From a virus, in IMG/VR virus record IMGVR_UViG_3300034522_000037, positions 1 through 40,964 of that record: a DNA stretch of 40,964 bases; one strand, given 5' to 3'. Both the position numbers and the translations under genes were made by a program. The notes under the pieces are model-generated. The model ran no database searches, was not told the origin of the DNA, and worked only from the letters and a program-made list of their open reading frames with translations. How positions within the stretch are numbered: position 1 is the first letter of the stretch; the number at the start of each line of letters is the position of its first letter. Positions 39,277 through 40,964 of this stretch are shown in pieces.

Positions 39277-39343
39277 CTTACTTTTGCAAGTGGTCATTTG
39301 CACATTTTCGCAAAAGGCCGCTTTGGCAAATGCACTTTTGCCC
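39277..39343. promoter_or_regulatory. Third cluster of TTGyAC(N)TTTTsGC-like motifs; candidate late-promoter/centromere region
   Basis: Low-GC stretch containing tttgcacattttcgc (39296..39310), aatgcacttttgccc (39328..39342) and cttacttttgcaa. On the minus strand TTGCAA-18 nt-TACTTT is a possible promoter upstream of the first terminator. The region overlaps the 3' end of ORF 39278..39511. Confidence 0.4.
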
Positions 39344-39511
39344 ATTGGTACAATTGACCTCGATCAGTTCGGCGTCTGCCTTGCGCACGATGTTGACGTA
39401 TCCGGCAGGCTCGCGTGACCAGTAACAGTCCGGCTCCTCGCGAACCAACGCCACCACCTGACCGACCAGGCCGGCGTACCACATATGCGGATCGCTACAG
39501 CTGATGATCAT
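39278..39511 (-). CDS. Hypothetical small protein
   Basis: 77 aa from ATG 39511 (MIISCSDPHMWYAGLVGQVVALVREEPDCYW...). The ORF-track start 39619 would overlap the upstream gene by 94 nt. The low-GC C-terminal codons coincide with the motif cluster. Confidence 0.4.
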   Translation of the reverse strand: MIISCSDPHMWYAGLVGQVVALVREEPDCYWSREPAGYVNIVRKADAELIEVNCTNGQKCICQSGLLRKCANDHLQK

Positions 39512-39525
39512 CAGCGCCCTGGCAT

Positions 39526-39837
39526 TCACCGCGTCGCCCTCGCCCAGCCAGCCCGCGCGCCCTCGATGGTCGCATAGCCATGGTCGACGAAGTCGCAGCC
39601 CGCACAGCGCGAGCCCCACTTGGCGGCGCTGATGAAGAAGCGCGGCTGCGCCTTGGCCCTGCAGGTATGCAGCGGCATATCCGCGTCGTTGACAAGCTGC
39701 CAGCTGGAAAGGGCGCGCGCCTCGCTTGGCGTCGCCTCGCCGCGGTTATTGCAGACCGGACAGATCCACATCACCAGGTCACCACCGGGCTGACGACGAA
39801 GCTCAGGCGGCACCTGGCAATGGATGCAGAGACTCAA
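39526..39837 (-). CDS. Zinc-ribbon protein (Lar-like restriction-alleviation family candidate)
   Basis: 103 aa with a TTG start overlapping the upstream stop (TTGA). CIHC...WICPVCNNRGEATPSEARALSSWQ resembles the Lar-family CxxC...CxxC...A..WN pattern. A degenerate second unit carries CAGC. Confidence 0.35.
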   Translation of the reverse strand: MSLCIHCQVPPELRRQPGGDLVMWICPVCNNRGEATPSEARALSSWQLVNDADMPLHTCRAKAQPRFFISAAKWGSRCAGCDFVDHGYATIEGARAGWARATR

Positions 39838-40058
39838 AGCGCCCTTACCGTTGCGACCAGCTCGGCGCGACGACCAGAGAGCGCGCGCTGCCGACCGACC
39901 AGCGCATCATGAATATCGCCGGCCGTGATGAATACGCCGCCAGACCCAAAAACATTGACCTCCATGTCGGGCTTAGCCAGCATTTGATCAACGGCGCGGG
40001 CTTCCTTGTCGCACTTCCGCAGCTCCTCGAGCAGCTCTTCCAGCCTTTCCACGTTCAT
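39834..40058 (-). CDS. Hypothetical small protein
   Basis: 74 aa (MNVERLEELLEELRKCDKEARAVDQMLAK...), coding-like and operon-packed. Confidence 0.45.
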   Translation of the reverse strand: MNVERLEELLEELRKCDKEARAVDQMLAKPDMEVNVFGSGGVFITAGDIHDALVGRQRALSGRRAELVATVRAL

Positions 40059-40067
40059 CGTTTGCCC

Positions 40068-40886
40068 TCATTGGTTGTCGTATTCAGCCAGCACAGCCCG
40101 CAAGGCCTCCTCGTCGAGCGCCTGTAGGCCGCTGACCAGGACCTGCCAACGTGGCCGCCAGTGCTGGTCGTAGTTGCTCGTTTTCACGCCCAGGAGCTCG
40201 GCCAGGCGCGCAGCCTGGTACAGCTCCTGGCCGTTGTTCGCGTAGCGCTTGCCGTGCTGCACCGCCAGGTGCGCCAGGCCCTTGAGCTTCTGCAGGGTCT
40301 TGCCCTGCAGCTTGCCGAATGCAGGCGCTACCCGCGCCCACAGCTCGACCACCGCGCCGGCCTCGTCGGCCCAATCTCGAGAGTCGGCGTAGGCATAGCG
40401 CAGCCAGTGGCGGTAGGCCGGGGCCTGGGCGGCGACGATCCGCACCAGACGCGCGTCGTCGAAGGCGGACGGCGGCAACGGGTCAGAGCTGGCCTTTTTC
40501 TTGCGGGTCTCGCTGACAGTCACGCGGGTGGTATCCCTGGCCAGGCTGGCCACGTAATCCAGAGGGAGACGCCGAGCTGGGCCGCCCTCGGCTGGGCACT
40601 CGGCCAGCTCGGCAGCACGCCAGCGCGGGAAGGCGTCACGGGTGCAGCTGGTATCGAAGGCCCCGAGCAGCTTCTGCTCGGGCCTGTCGTCGCGGTAATC
40701 GCCCGGGGCCAGATAGGCGAACATCAGGCGCTCGCGCAGCCACTGCAGATCCTGCAGGGTGACGGCAGGCTTGCGCGGCCGAACCTTGAGCGCGCGCGCG
40801 GCGCTGGGCACCTCCTCGAACGCAACCCAGCAATCAACCGCCGGCGCAGCCGGCGCGGCGTGGCGAATTTCAAGGGCAAAGGTCAC
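40068..40886 (-). CDS. Early-operon protein in the Q (late antiterminator) position; function unproven
   Basis: 272 aa from the GTG at 40886. This GTG overlaps the TraR-like stop (GTGA) and has aggagg 8 nt upstream. The ORF-track ATG at 40925 is less likely. It is the last sizeable early gene before two terminators and the lysis/structural genes. Confidence 0.55.
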   Translation of the reverse strand: MTFALEIRHAAPAAPAVDCWVAFEEVPSAARALKVRPRKPAVTLQDLQWLRERLMFAYLAPGDYRDDRPEQKLLGAFDTSCTRDAFPRWRAAELAECPAEGGPARRLPLDYVASLARDTTRVTVSETRKKKASSDPLPPSAFDDARLVRIVAAQAPAYRHWLRYAYADSRDWADEAGAVVELWARVAPAFGKLQGKTLQKLKGLAHLAVQHGKRYANNGQELYQAARLAELLGVKTSNYDQHWRPRWQVLVSGLQALDEEALRAVLAEYDNQ

Positions 40887-40964
40887 TGATAGGCCCTCCT
40901 GGCCAAGCAAGGGATGCCGGCGCAAACCGAGCAGCGGCGCGCCGCGGCGTAGATCGCCAGGCGA
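40838..40964. repeat. Terminal self-overlap, copy 2 (identical to 1..127)
   Basis: Same 127-nt string as 1..127, compared base by base. Confidence 0.95.

Noticed and set aside
38815-39345. 176-aa ORF spanning the holin region and the two terminators.
   Set aside because: Its N-terminal part runs through both terminator hairpins and the low-GC intergenic region. An internal ATG (39060) with a good SD gives a holin-sized two-TM protein.

Overview
This window is a complete, circularly closed assembly: bases 1-127 are identical to 40838-40964, leaving about 40,837 unique bp. It is a high-GC temperate phage-plasmid of the N15 / telomere-phage type. No integrase, tRNA, rRNA or CRISPR array was seen. 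Maintenance genes: a protelomerase (6521..8203, minus) sits next to an 80-bp telRL-like palindrome (8333..8412). There is also a type-Ib-like partition pair (ParA 8814..9467, small ParG-like protein 9464..9778) and a giant RepA-like primase-helicase (2356..6240). Immunity genes: a lambda-CI-like repressor (1380..2045) whose protease nucleophile appears to be lost, and a separate RHH-regulator / Rha-antirepressor module (11570..12651). Almost all other genes lie on the minus strand as one long array. In order: early genes and a possible Q-like regulator, two terminators, a lysis cassette (holin, SAR endolysin, nested Rz/Rz1), and a lambda-like packaging/head block (TerS, GpA-type TerL, gpW-like, portal, protease-capsid fusion, FII/Z/U-like). 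Then comes a P2-like baseplate (V, W, J, I), a tail fibre, and a P2-like contractile tail (sheath, tube, E/E+E-prime frameshift, tape measure, U, X, D). The most notable accessory system is a diversity-generating retroelement between fibre and sheath: reverse transcriptase 19947..21053, Avd-like 21345..21698, template repeat about 21220..21331. Its variable repeat is the last ~110 nt of the 855-aa fibre gene, and all 12 TR/VR mismatches in the 103-nt core fall on template adenines. Other points of interest: a 15-16-bp motif iterated at three loci (repA leader, parA promoter, Q-lysis junction), shared palindromes around the antirepressor module, a LexA-box-like site, and a TTTTTTG frameshift site. 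All calls come from reading the sequence and ORF translations and from remembered family signatures. No database search was possible, so product names are hypotheses and most start codons are best guesses.
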